DNA from: a virus
Virus record (IMG/VR): IMGVR_UViG_3300035181_002074
Location: 96,613 to 160,612 of that record
Length of the DNA: 64,000 nt
Reading direction: 5' to 3' (one strand)
Shown here piece by piece: positions 38,010 to 47,594 of the stretch; the stretch's first letter is position 1; every line of letters begins with the position of its first letter. The position numbers and the translations under genes are program-made. The notes under the pieces are model-generated. The model searched no databases and was not told the DNA's origin. It saw only the letters and a list, made by a program, of their open reading frames with translations.

Positions 38010-40385
38010 ATGGGATATTTTCAAAAGTTAGCCAAAAATACGAGATGGTCAGGCAAACATCTGTCAACACCGCAAGCTGGTGATTCTATTCATTTTTCCC
38101 ATCCAGAACATGGTACAGTATCGGTTGTAAAAGATGGTGGCCAGTATCATGTTAAGCATAATGGCGCTCACGCTGGAATTTTAAACCAAAAAGGCATTTT
38201 CAATACCCCAAAAGAAGCCGTACAACATGCCAAGGATTTCATGGCTAAACTAGGCTCTGGTGGACATGGTAATGCTATGCACAATATGCCTAGCGCACAA
38301 TCCATGCCAAGTAAGCCGCATCTACAAGCCCCTAAAAATGATGTTTTCGGTAAAGCTGAAGGATATGCCCCATCGGCAGTAGATAGCCCAAATTTTAAGA
38401 TCGGCGGCACGTTAGCTGATTTCCAAGCCGGTGCCCAAACGAATAGCTTTTCTAGCCCAACTCCGATTCCGCCAGTAATGAAAGACGAAAAACCAAATTA
38501 TACTCGCAATATATGGCATCCAAAACGATTAGATGTTGGCTCCCATATCATGTATCAAGGCAAGAAACATAAAGTAGTTGCCCAGCATCCGAAACCGGAC
38601 AATAGCGCTAATTTTAAAGAACATTATCATACCACACTTTTAGAGGTCAAAGATCCAATTAAAAAAGAAGAATTAGATAAATCTACAGCATTAGAAAGAC
38701 ATTTACAGGCGAAAGGTAAAAGTAAGAATCAAGCCCGTGCTGTCAGATCTCGCGGGAATCCAAAAGGTGTACATTTACCGATTGATAATAAGGGTATATC
38801 AAGCGCGGGAGCATATGCCACTGGACGTATTCGTACCGCTGATGAAAATTTTAATGCAGTTCCTAAATCACAAGATGTTCAGCATGCAAAGTCTTTGCAC
38901 TCCCAAAAACTAAGAGAATTGCGCGCAATGCCAAAGCCAGATCTTGGTAAAGCTCGCCAAGAAGAAGATCTTTCATCAAGGCAAAAAGTTCAAGTACGCC
39001 ATGCACGTTCAGAAAAACCTATTCATCCATTTGGAACTAATGAAAGATTCCATCCAGAAGGACGTAATACCCAAATGGGACAAATTGCCCGTAATAATAA
39101 GTTACGTGCATTCAGAAAACAACCTAAGCCAGACTTAGGTAAAAAAGAATCTAAATTAGCTTTCTTGTTTAAGCACGACTATTTCAATCTGTTTAAAACT
39201 GTATCAAGTCCAGTCAGAACTAAAACTATCATGGATTGCCCAGAGGATCATGACATAGCGGTTAATCAAAAATTTGAATCAATGATTATGGATCGTTTAG
39301 CTCAGTTCCGTAAAGACGAATCAGAAAATCCAGCACAGCCAGATAAGCCAGCCGAAACAATTGCCGGTACGCCTAAAAAACAACAATCTAGATCTTATGA
39401 TTTGTTCACGGATGAAATGGCCAACGCAAAAACTGCTAAGAGCGGTAAACGCGGCGAATTTCTATCTGCTATTTTACATTTAGCTCCAGCGGATCTTGCT
39501 GGCGGTAAAGATGTATGCCCATTCGCTACTGACGGTTGCCGACATGCCTGTTTAAATACGTCTGGTCGCGGTGGTATGCTCGACAGAGAATATGATCTCA
39601 ATGATATTCAATTGGCCCGTATTCGTAAAACAAAAGAATTCCATGATAGTCCGCATGCGTTTTTAAGTCGCATTAGTCGTGATATCGAAAAGCTTAAGCG
39701 TTACGCTAAAGCTGACGGACGTAGACCAGTAGTAAGATTAAATGGAACATCTGATATTAATTGGGCGGCATTGAAATCCCCTAATTTGAAAGGGCAAAAT
39801 ATTTTCGACGCTCATCCAGATGTACAATTCTACGATTATACAAAAAATCCATATATTGTAAAAAATAATAAACACCCAAATTATCACGTAACTTTCAGTT
39901 ATGCTGATGGTGCCCAAAATCAAGGCCACGCAAAAGAATTATTAGCTCAAGGGCACAATGTTGCGGTAGTATTCGGTGGCAAAAAAGATGGCCAAGCTAT
40001 TTTCCCTAAAAAATTTAACGGACATGATGTTGTAAGCGGCGATGAGACAGATTTACGTTTCTTAGACCCAAAAGGCGGCAAAATTGTTGGATTAAGCGCT
40101 AAAGCAGACGCTATGCGTGATACTACCGGTTTCGTACAATGGGGTCATGAAGGTGAACCCGATGCCGTACCTAGACCGAAGACTGAAAAAGATCGTTACG
40201 AAAGAGTTAAGCAGTCTGGCGAAGCTAAGGTTGAAGCCTTCAGACAAAAGAAGTTAGACGCTAGAGCTGCAAAAGTGCCAGTTATTAAATCTGAACAAAC
40301 TCTGCTCGAACAAGCCAAAGAATTATTGAAATCATTACAAGAAAATCCAGCACAGCTGGAAGCATTAACGAAAGTTAAGAAATAG
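38010..40385 (+). CDS. Polyprotein with basic repeat modules and a GP88 (radical-SAM-like) domain
   Basis: CPFATDGCRHAC, RLNGTSD, QFYDYTK, NYHVTFS, GDETDLRFLD. Confidence 0.8.
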   Translation: MGYFQKLAKNTRWSGKHLSTPQAGDSIHFSHPEHGTVSVVKDGGQYHVKHNGAHAGILNQKGIFNTPKEAVQHAKDFMAKLGSGGHGNAMHNMPSAQSMPSKPHLQAPKNDVFGKAEGYAPSAVDSPNFKIGGTLADFQAGAQTNSFSSPTPIPPVMKDEKPNYTRNIWHPKRLDVGSHIMYQGKKHKVVAQHPKPDNSANFKEHYHTTLLEVKDPIKKEELDKSTALERHLQAKGKSKNQARAVRSRGNPKGVHLPIDNKGISSAGAYATGRIRTADENFNAVPKSQDVQHAKSLHSQKLRELRAMPKPDLGKARQEEDLSSRQKVQVRHARSEKPIHPFGTNERFHPEGRNTQMGQIARNNKLRAFRKQPKPDLGKKESKLAFLFKHDYFNLFKTVSSPVRTKTIMDCPEDHDIAVNQKFESMIMDRLAQFRKDESENPAQPDKPAETIAGTPKKQQSRSYDLFTDEMANAKTAKSGKRGEFLSAILHLAPADLAGGKDVCPFATDGCRHACLNTSGRGGMLDREYDLNDIQLARIRKTKEFHDSPHAFLSRISRDIEKLKRYAKADGRRPVVRLNGTSDINWAALKSPNLKGQNIFDAHPDVQFYDYTKNPYIVKNNKHPNYHVTFSYADGAQNQGHAKELLAQGHNVAVVFGGKKDGQAIFPKKFNGHDVVSGDETDLRFLDPKGGKIVGLSAKADAMRDTTGFVQWGHEGEPDAVPRPKTEKDRYERVKQSGEAKVEAFRQKKLDARAAKVPVIKSEQTLLEQAKELLKSLQENPAQLEALTKVKK

Positions 40386-40391
40386 GACATT

Positions 40392-41639
40392 ATGAAAAAG
40401 ACTATAGAGCAAGCTAAAGCATTATTGAAAGCTATCCAAGAAAATCCACAAGGAATGGAAGAGCTGAATAAAGCTTTTAATCCAAATATTAAAGGAGTGC
40501 ATCAATCAGCTTTTATGCATAGCGATAAAAGCGGAACTTCAAGTGTAGGCGCCCATATGGCACCCGGCGGTGTTAGTCCTCAAACGAATGCATATGCAAA
40601 AGTCCAACACCTCAAAATTTTAGCAGAGCAAAAAGCAATGAAGAAACCCATCCTTGGTAAAGAAGAAGACGAAGTTTCTATGCCCAAAAAAGATTTTATC
40701 AAAGAGCATAAAAATCTAGTGCATACTCTTAAGACTCCATCACACAAGGATGACCTCGCAGAAGCTAAAGAGCAAGGTAAAGAATTAAAAGAAGAAATGT
40801 CAAAAGCTAAGCTAGAAGAAGGCGCACCTGCTGATTACAAACAAGATATTCGTGCTGCTAGACAAGCCCCAAGACCAACCGTTAATCCAACCATTCATCA
40901 ACCGTTTGACCAAAACATTGGACGTTCTCAAGCTGGGTCTGCAACTGCGGGTGCCCACAAAGCAGCTATGACTGGCATCGGTGGAGCTGGTACTAAAGAA
41001 GCTTTATTAGCCAAAGCAAAACAATTGCACCAAAAAGTGCTATCTGGAATGCAATCTCAAAAAGCTCCCAATCTTCCAAAGTCTGAATTAGAAAAAGCTA
41101 AAATCGACCAAGGGCTATCTATTCCAGCAAAGAACCAAGCACGTTGGGATCGTGGCGGTGTTCACCAAGATCAATCTAAAGGTGTTCATACAGCCCCATT
41201 CAAGTCAGTTCCGGGTATGTCTGTATCAGGTCATGAAATTTCTCAAACTGGTACCGTGACTCCGATTGCTAAAGAATCTCACATCCATAAGGTTAAAGAG
41301 CTTAAAGCGATGTTAGCTCCTAAGCTCGGTAAAGGTTCGGCTATGCCAGCTCCAGCCCCAGCACCAATGTCGAGCGGGTTCGGCAAGATTCTACCTAAAC
41401 CTAAGCCAAAACCAATGTCTGCCCCTGCCCCTATGATGGCTAAAGAAGAGAAATGTACAACTTGCGGTAAAGCAGGATGTAAATGTACCCCAGCGATCAA
41501 AAAAGACGAAACTTCGGCTGCTAATGGTGAAATCGGAACCAAAAAACCTAAAGAATTCGACCCTTTGAAGGATGCGCCAGAATTAAAAGAAATTAACCCT
41601 GCTGCTTACTTTGCTAAGAAAAAGAATAAAAAGAAGTAA
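40392..41639 (+). CDS. Basic repeat polyprotein (internal head protein candidate)
   Basis: Three KGVH..AK..H..L(G/P)K-type repeats; C-terminal CTTC..CKC. Confidence 0.7.
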   Translation: MKKTIEQAKALLKAIQENPQGMEELNKAFNPNIKGVHQSAFMHSDKSGTSSVGAHMAPGGVSPQTNAYAKVQHLKILAEQKAMKKPILGKEEDEVSMPKKDFIKEHKNLVHTLKTPSHKDDLAEAKEQGKELKEEMSKAKLEEGAPADYKQDIRAARQAPRPTVNPTIHQPFDQNIGRSQAGSATAGAHKAAMTGIGGAGTKEALLAKAKQLHQKVLSGMQSQKAPNLPKSELEKAKIDQGLSIPAKNQARWDRGGVHQDQSKGVHTAPFKSVPGMSVSGHEISQTGTVTPIAKESHIHKVKELKAMLAPKLGKGSAMPAPAPAPMSSGFGKILPKPKPKPMSAPAPMMAKEEKCTTCGKAGCKCTPAIKKDETSAANGEIGTKKPKEFDPLKDAPELKEINPAAYFAKKKNKKK

Positions 41640-41641
41640 TT

Positions 41642-41881
41642 ATGGCCAAGAAAAAAGAAGAACCTAAGCTTAAAATAGTTGGGGAGCAAGAAGAAGCTCC
41701 TAGACAGCCGGAAATTGCCCCAATCGAAGCTAAACTCAGTTTTGACGCTTGGTGGATGATGAAAGCCCAAAGCCTGAAGCTAAAGCCTGAACTTAAAAAT
41801 GCCGTTAAAAAGCATTTTGAAAGCAGGGGCTTTTTACAAACTGGTGATTTTGATAAAGCAATAAAGGATTTCGGGTTGTAA
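41642..41881 (+). CDS. Small protein upstream of the tail sheath
   Basis: 79 aa, in operon. Confidence 0.65.
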   Translation: MAKKKEEPKLKIVGEQEEAPRQPEIAPIEAKLSFDAWWMMKAQSLKLKPELKNAVKKHFESRGFLQTGDFDKAIKDFGL

Positions 41882-41886
41882 TTCAA

Positions 41887-41896
41887 CCTAATATTT
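41887..41896 (+). promoter_or_regulatory. Putative late promoter CCTAATATTT (sheath operon)
   Basis: Exact motif, leader hairpin and TAAGGAG RBS. Confidence 0.8.
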
Positions 41897-41946
41897 ACTA
41901 ACGATAAGCTATTAATAAGCTTTACAAGTTTTAAGGAGAATTAAAA

Positions 41947-44721
41947 ATGGCTCAACAATATACGACAAACGATGGAATCAGCCTCAAGATACCCGGCACA
42001 TACGTAAGTCCTACAGTTAAATCCGGTTCAGGTGGCGTTGCTGCTGCAGGTATCGTGACTATTATCGGTGAAAGTTCGGCTGGTCCCGCATTCACACAAG
42101 AAACAGATCTACAAAATACAGCATACACCCCAGATCAATTCGGTCGCGTAGCTGCTAAATACGGCAGTGGACAAATCGTTGATGCATTTAAAGCCCTAGT
42201 ATCCGCAGCTAATGACGCAGCGATTGTTGGAGCTGTTAGTTTAGTACGTATCATCAAAACGAATCCATCTGTGGCTGCAACTGGCACAATGAGATCTAAT
42301 GGCGCTACGTATTCTACATTGACTGCTCGCAGTGAAGGTAGTGACGGTAACCTTATTAAATACAGTTCTGCAACTTCTACTCAAGAAACTGCTCCACAAA
42401 CTGGATCAATGGCTTATACCCCTGATTTTATTACAGCAGCAACTGGGTCTTTGACTATCAATGGCTCTGTAACCCAAGCATTATCGTTTGCAGCAAAAGC
42501 TGAATTATCGGCTATTACTGCTAGTACTGAAAGCATTGCTAATGACATATTAGTAGCAGGTTCAGCTGAATCTCTTCCAACAGCTGCAAACGTAGGCGCT
42601 ACATTAACTGCGTCTTCTCCTTCAGCTAATACATTAATCGTATCTCTTAGCTCTGGCCAAACATTCGCTGGTTCACCTGCTATTGGTGATTCCATTGTTA
42701 TTCCTGCAAGTGGTGACTTTAGTGCATCCGCAGATTCTCTAATTAGTGCTGCTGGTACAATTAACATTGGTTCATATATTATCACTGCAGTGTCTAACAC
42801 AGTGTCTAGTGCATCCATGACATTGAAAAAAATCAATTCTCCATCTGGAATGGCTTTAGGTTCTGCTTCTGGAACGATCTTGGCAGCACAAAGAGATACC
42901 ATTCTTTATAAATCAATCAATATTCGTAACATGTCTGGTTCTAATCGTAGAGCTGCTCATGGACAAACTGGAAATTTCGTTTCTGTTATTTCTGGACCAA
43001 ATGTAACTTTAACTGCTCCAGCTAACTGGACACAACAACCACAAACTGGTGACATCTTCAAAACTGCTGCTACTTTTGCTGGTATTACGACTGGATTCTA
43101 TTCTGTAGTATCTTCTAGCGCTAATACAGTAACCATGGTTAGATTGTCAACTGGTTCTGCTGGTTCATCTAATACAACCAACGTAGTAACAGCTATTTCT
43201 GATAGCTCTGAGCCATTTAAGTTTTCTCGTCCAGCTATTGATGGACTTGGTAAATCACTTGAATTATCTGGTGCATTGACTTCAGTTTTCAAAGATCCAG
43301 CTACCCAGTCTACAGCTGCTCAAATTAATACTTTGATGACTTCAGCGTCTGAGTCTAAGAACACAACTTCTTTCTCAAGAGGAACGACCAGTGAAAATTT
43401 CACTACCGGTGGCGAAATTGCAATGAGAGCTGGTTCAAGTCTAGCTAATCCCACTATGCAAGTACTTTCCGATAGAATTGATTTTTATACAGGAGCAACA
43501 TTAGTGTTCAGCGCTTCTTATAAGCAATTTAGTACCATGCAAAACATGGCTGATTACATCAATTCTCAAACTGGGTTCTCTGCTTCATTAACTTCTGCAA
43601 AATATTCCACAATGAATCCTTCTTCATTAGACGATGGAACATACGGTTTATTGTCTAGCATCTCTGCTAGCCCTGCTCGTATTAAAATTGATGCATTCAG
43701 ATTCAATGCTGCAGTTAATCAATCAACATTAGTTACAGCAGCTACAGCTTCTCAATCTGGATTACCTGAAACTATTACCCCAGCGCAATTCCTATCAGGC
43801 GGTGCTAAAAACGGTACAACTTCTGCTCAAGCAGTAGCTGCAATCGATGCATGTGAAAAACTTGATACTAACTTCATCGTGCCATTGTTTTCAAGAGATG
43901 CTGCTGACGATGTTACTGATGGATTGACTGAATCTTCTTCTACATATTCTGTAGATGCAATTAATGCTTACCTTCAAGCACATGTGATCAAGATGTCATC
44001 TGTTAAGATGCGCAAGAATCGTATCGCGATTGTTTCTAAATCTTCTGACTATGAAAGCGTTAAAAATGCTGCAGGAGAATTAGTTTCTTACCGTGTAGCT
44101 ATGGCTTTCCAAAACGTTCGTGCAGTAAATACTGCTGGCCAAATTGCTGAATTCCAACCTTGGATGACTGCATGTATTGCTGCAGGTATGCAAGCTGCTG
44201 CTGGTTACAAAGGTATCGTTAAAAAGTTTGCGAATGTATCTGGCGTAATGTCTCAGTCTGATTTTGATGCAAGTTCACCGGGTGATCTCGAAGATGCATT
44301 ATCAGCTGGATTATTGATTATGGAACGTGTTAACACTGGTGGAACTCGTTGGGTTTCTGATCAAACTACTTACTCAGTTGATAACAATTTCGTATACAAT
44401 TCTTTGCAAGCTGTTTATCTTGCCGATCTTATTACATTATCACTCATTCAAACCTTTGACAGAGCTGTTGTTGGTAAATCAGTTGCTGAAATTTCAGCTG
44501 CTGCAGCATTATCAGTTCTCGAAGCTGCAATGTTTGATTACTTAAGACTCCGTTGGATTGCACCAAGCGATGATCAAGCCCCTAAAGGCTTCAAGAATGC
44601 TTCAGTTAAATTAACTGGTGGTGTTATGAATATCAGCGTTGAAGTGAAACTTGCTGGAATCATCTACTTCGTGCCTATTGCTCTTGCAATATCAGAAGTA
44701 CAACAAAGCGCATCAGCGTAA
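41947..44721 (+). CDS. Tail sheath protein
   Basis: N-terminal IPGTY, IIGES..GP; LSGGAKNG; C-terminal SDQTTY...VYLAD; large Ser/Thr-rich insertion. Confidence 0.92.
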   Translation: MAQQYTTNDGISLKIPGTYVSPTVKSGSGGVAAAGIVTIIGESSAGPAFTQETDLQNTAYTPDQFGRVAAKYGSGQIVDAFKALVSAANDAAIVGAVSLVRIIKTNPSVAATGTMRSNGATYSTLTARSEGSDGNLIKYSSATSTQETAPQTGSMAYTPDFITAATGSLTINGSVTQALSFAAKAELSAITASTESIANDILVAGSAESLPTAANVGATLTASSPSANTLIVSLSSGQTFAGSPAIGDSIVIPASGDFSASADSLISAAGTINIGSYIITAVSNTVSSASMTLKKINSPSGMALGSASGTILAAQRDTILYKSINIRNMSGSNRRAAHGQTGNFVSVISGPNVTLTAPANWTQQPQTGDIFKTAATFAGITTGFYSVVSSSANTVTMVRLSTGSAGSSNTTNVVTAISDSSEPFKFSRPAIDGLGKSLELSGALTSVFKDPATQSTAAQINTLMTSASESKNTTSFSRGTTSENFTTGGEIAMRAGSSLANPTMQVLSDRIDFYTGATLVFSASYKQFSTMQNMADYINSQTGFSASLTSAKYSTMNPSSLDDGTYGLLSSISASPARIKIDAFRFNAAVNQSTLVTAATASQSGLPETITPAQFLSGGAKNGTTSAQAVAAIDACEKLDTNFIVPLFSRDAADDVTDGLTESSSTYSVDAINAYLQAHVIKMSSVKMRKNRIAIVSKSSDYESVKNAAGELVSYRVAMAFQNVRAVNTAGQIAEFQPWMTACIAAGMQAAAGYKGIVKKFANVSGVMSQSDFDASSPGDLEDALSAGLLIMERVNTGGTRWVSDQTTYSVDNNFVYNSLQAVYLADLITLSLIQTFDRAVVGKSVAEISAAAALSVLEAAMFDYLRLRWIAPSDDQAPKGFKNASVKLTGGVMNISVEVKLAGIIYFVPIALAISEVQQSASA

Positions 44722-44732
44722 GGTAAAGACAA

Positions 44733-45107
44733 ATGCTAAAAAAAGCGCAAATGCCACCCAAGCTTAGATATCGTATCAGACGTTGGTTACAACAGATGAA
44801 AAGTACTAATGTGTCTCCACAACAGGCACAACAAATTATTACTCAGAAGTTTGAAGAAGCCGTAGCTTTGAAGACTTTACAAAAGAATCAAGTGATGGCT
44901 ACATTATATAAAAATAATGCATTGCGTTTAGATTTTGGTTCAAATGTGTCTGAGAAAGCTAAAAAAGCCGCTCTAGATTGGGCAAAGAAAAAAGGATTGA
45001 AGATTGAAACTACCGAGCTTGCTAAGTCGTTAGATAAATCAAATAAATTAATATTCGGTGACGCATCTATGTCAGAATGCATTAAACGAATCGTTTGGGA
45101 TTGTTAA
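44733..45107 (+). CDS. Hypothetical protein between sheath and tube
   Basis: 124 aa; LQK|N, LAK|S and LDK|S motifs. Confidence 0.6.
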   Translation: MLKKAQMPPKLRYRIRRWLQQMKSTNVSPQQAQQIITQKFEEAVALKTLQKNQVMATLYKNNALRLDFGSNVSEKAKKAALDWAKKKGLKIETTELAKSLDKSNKLIFGDASMSECIKRIVWDC

Positions 45108-45119
45108 GGAGAATATAAG

Positions 45120-45593
45120 ATGGCTATTGCAAAAATTATGACTGGTGCCAGAGCTAAGTTAATTATTAACGGAAATACAGTGGGATTGTTTTCTAACTGT
45201 AGTTATTCAGTTAGACAAGATAAAGTACCTGCTTTTATCTTGGGTAAGTTCGGTCCTGCCGAAATCACCCCTACTTCACAAGAAGCAGTTACAATGGATC
45301 TGCGTGGTTATCGCGTAGTTGATGCTGGACCTCACGCTGTAGCAAACGTATCAATGCTTAAGAATCTTCTCAATGAAGAAGACTTTTCAATCGCAGTGGT
45401 GGATCGCCAATCTGGAAAAACTATTTTTTCAGCTGTAGGCTGTCGCGCAACTGGATTCAGTTCTGGGTTTGCAGCTAAGTCAGTATCTGATCTTAGTATT
45501 TCAATCATTGGACTTAAAGCTGAAGACGAATTTACTATCGCACAAGGTGGCGATGGTGAACCGGGTTCTTCTGAACTTACTGATGGTTCCTAA
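45120..45593 (+). CDS. Tail tube protein
   Basis: TGARAKLIING..VG...ILG...PAEI; follows the sheath; strong RBS; terminator downstream. Confidence 0.85.
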   Translation: MAIAKIMTGARAKLIINGNTVGLFSNCSYSVRQDKVPAFILGKFGPAEITPTSQEAVTMDLRGYRVVDAGPHAVANVSMLKNLLNEEDFSIAVVDRQSGKTIFSAVGCRATGFSSGFAAKSVSDLSISIIGLKAEDEFTIAQGGDGEPGSSELTDGS

Positions 45594-45865
45594 TTAAAAA
45601 GATTTACAACAAATCGCTTAAAGGCAGCCCACAAGGTTGCCTTTTTGTTTTTGGCTTCCTTCCTATAATTCTTAATATCTAGCAGACGTGTAATAGTATC
45701 CGATAAATCCGCTCGCTCTGATTTACTGGATAAGTTGAAGCTTTTCCGTGCAGGTATAGGCGGAGTTATCGCGTAATATGCTCGCCACATAGTTATCGAT
45801 ATCAAGTTTTTATTATATGAGCTAATGTAGAATTTACTACCTTGATCTGTACGCAAAGTGATCAT
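45590..45865 (-). CDS. Hypothetical protein (tandem paralog family)
   Basis: FNLSSKSERADLSDTITRLL motif shared with neighbours. Confidence 0.6.
   Translation of the reverse strand: MITLRTDQGSKFYISSYNKNLISITMWRAYYAITPPIPARKSFNLSSKSERADLSDTITRLLDIKNYRKEAKNKKATLWAAFKRFVVNLFN
45620..45652 (+). terminator. Rho-independent terminator after the tail tube gene
   Basis: AAAGGCAGCC-CACAA-GGTTGCCTTT followed by a T tract. Confidence 0.8.
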
Positions 45866-46053
45866 TTTTTATGTCTCAATTCTTTGGTAATTCGACTAGA
45901 TAGCCGCTTTCGATCTATAGCACTGTCTAAATTGTAATATGCCCATACACTTGATTGGCCAGATGGGCCATACCATATTCTAGCCGCGATATCTTTCGTA
46001 AATAAAGAGGATCGGATTTCAAATCTGCCGTCCGATACTTGTAACTTAATCAT
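45862..46053 (-). CDS. Hypothetical protein (tandem paralog family)
   Basis: YNLDSAIDRKRLSSRITKEL. Confidence 0.6.
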   Translation of the reverse strand: MIKLQVSDGRFEIRSSLFTKDIAARIWYGPSGQSSVWAYYNLDSAIDRKRLSSRITKELRHKK

Positions 46054-46326
46054 TTATACCCCTAGTAACCAATAAAACATATTATCCAGTATTCTTTTAT
46101 ATAATGGTGCCCGTGGAAGTTTCATTTCGTTTAATAAATATACTAAGTGTTCCGATAAAGCAGTCCTGTCTTGAGTATTCTTAAGATAATAATAATGAGA
46201 ATTACTTACCTTATACCCATCCCTAACTCCGACGATTTTAATGTATAATTGGTGATCGTGATGACTCCTAAAAATTAAGGATATATACATACCAGTTTGT
46301 GAATGAGGAATCATCAGGTATATCAT
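46054..46326 (-). CDS. Hypothetical protein (tandem paralog family)
   Basis: YYLKNTQDRTALSEHLVYLL. Confidence 0.6.
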   Translation of the reverse strand: MIYLMIPHSQTGMYISLIFRSHHDHQLYIKIVGVRDGYKVSNSHYYYLKNTQDRTALSEHLVYLLNEMKLPRAPLYKRILDNMFYWLLGV

Positions 46327-46500
46327 AAAATTGTAGGCTTGAATCCGGCATTTAAGAGCTTAACGATAGTCTCAACAAATAAATCCATACGCTCTCTGTA
46401 ATGATAAGTGCTGCAGTTGTCTATGGCAGGTTTGGTATGAATAGCAAACCCATCTTTACCGTTGCTCATTAATGACTTAACATATCTAACTGTGAATTTT

Positions 46501-46728
46501 TTATTCGTGCTCATGCTTAATAGTTGGCCAAATAAGATCTTCGAATACTTTCTTAATGTCAATTGTATCCGTTTCAGGGTTGTAATTATATTTGTTTTCT
46601 GCTTGTTCTACGAAAGCTTGGAATCTAGCCGCTTTTATTGCTTCATGCATAGTGGGTTTAGGTACTCCGTATTGGATAAGGATATCATCAGAAAGGTTTG
46701 AGCTAAAAAAAGTAGTTTTCTTATTCAT
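46501..46728 (-). CDS. Hypothetical early protein (probably leaderless)
   Basis: ATG 6 nt after the -10 box of the promoter at 46735-46763. Confidence 0.6.
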   Translation of the reverse strand: MNKKTTFFSSNLSDDILIQYGVPKPTMHEAIKAARFQAFVEQAENKYNYNPETDTIDIKKVFEDLIWPTIKHEHE

Positions 46729-46734
46729 ATATAA

Positions 46735-46763
46735 ATCTTATCATTAAATTTTACGAATGTCAA
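46735..46763 (-). promoter_or_regulatory. sigma70-type promoter
   Basis: TTGACA-N17-TAAGAT. Confidence 0.75.
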
Positions 46764-46966
46764 GACAAAATTAACTGAGTTTTTTCCAAAAGATATCTAA
46801 TTCGTTCTCTTCCTCGTCCGAAGAGTAGTTAGAGTTTAGACGTGATATCTCATTATGTGCCAAAGTATTATTGCATTCTCGGCAGAATCTAGCGTATTCA
46901 TCCGTCTTAAAGAATTTTTGACAATTTTTTGACCGTTGAGACAGGCACTCCCTGATTTTCTTCATG

Positions 46967-47527
46967 CTATAAATCAAACTTTTTTTCCAATGCACATTTC
47001 ACCACATCGATTGTACTCGATATGTTGCTTAAACTAGTATCGATGATCACATCAAATCTTTCATCACAATTGTCCAGTCCGTTTTCCGATGAGTGACTAT
47101 TACCCCGCCAGCTTTCTGCACGGTTTTTGCGTACATCTTCTGGAGCCTTCAGCCTAATCTTCAAAGCGTTCGGGAACTGGTCTAATTCAGTTTTATAACG
47201 ACAATCCTCGATAATGAGTATCTCGGTACCAACATGTGAATGAGCCTCTACCCGATTAAGCGCCACATTAATCCACACATCATCACCCTTAACTTTTTTA
47301 CCCCAATCACCAAGCATCTGAAGAAATAAGCCTTCCTTTTCTTCCATTGGGATGTCATATTGTTTCAGGATTTCTGATACAGCATTGTGACATTTATATA
47401 ACGGGTCAGCAAACTTGATTTTGTTTGCATAATTGTTATGATATCTTGTATTGAAGTGTTTGATTAGACCGTCTGCAAGTGTTGATTTGCCGCTACCCTG
47501 TTGTCCTGCTATTACGATAACTTTCAT
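46967..47527 (-). CDS. Deoxynucleoside monophosphate kinase
   Basis: GQQGSGKST P-loop, FADPL, LQMLG, DCRY..E, HSSE. Confidence 0.85.
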   Translation of the reverse strand: MKVIVIAGQQGSGKSTLADGLIKHFNTRYHNNYANKIKFADPLYKCHNAVSEILKQYDIPMEEKEGLFLQMLGDWGKKVKGDDVWINVALNRVEAHSHVGTEILIIEDCRYKTELDQFPNALKIRLKAPEDVRKNRAESWRGNSHSSENGLDNCDERFDVIIDTSLSNISSTIDVVKCALEKKFDL

Positions 47528-47594
47528 TATTTTTCCTTTAATTTCAACTGTAATCCCATTATCTTACACTGAAAAGCGCTTCATGGATACTATT

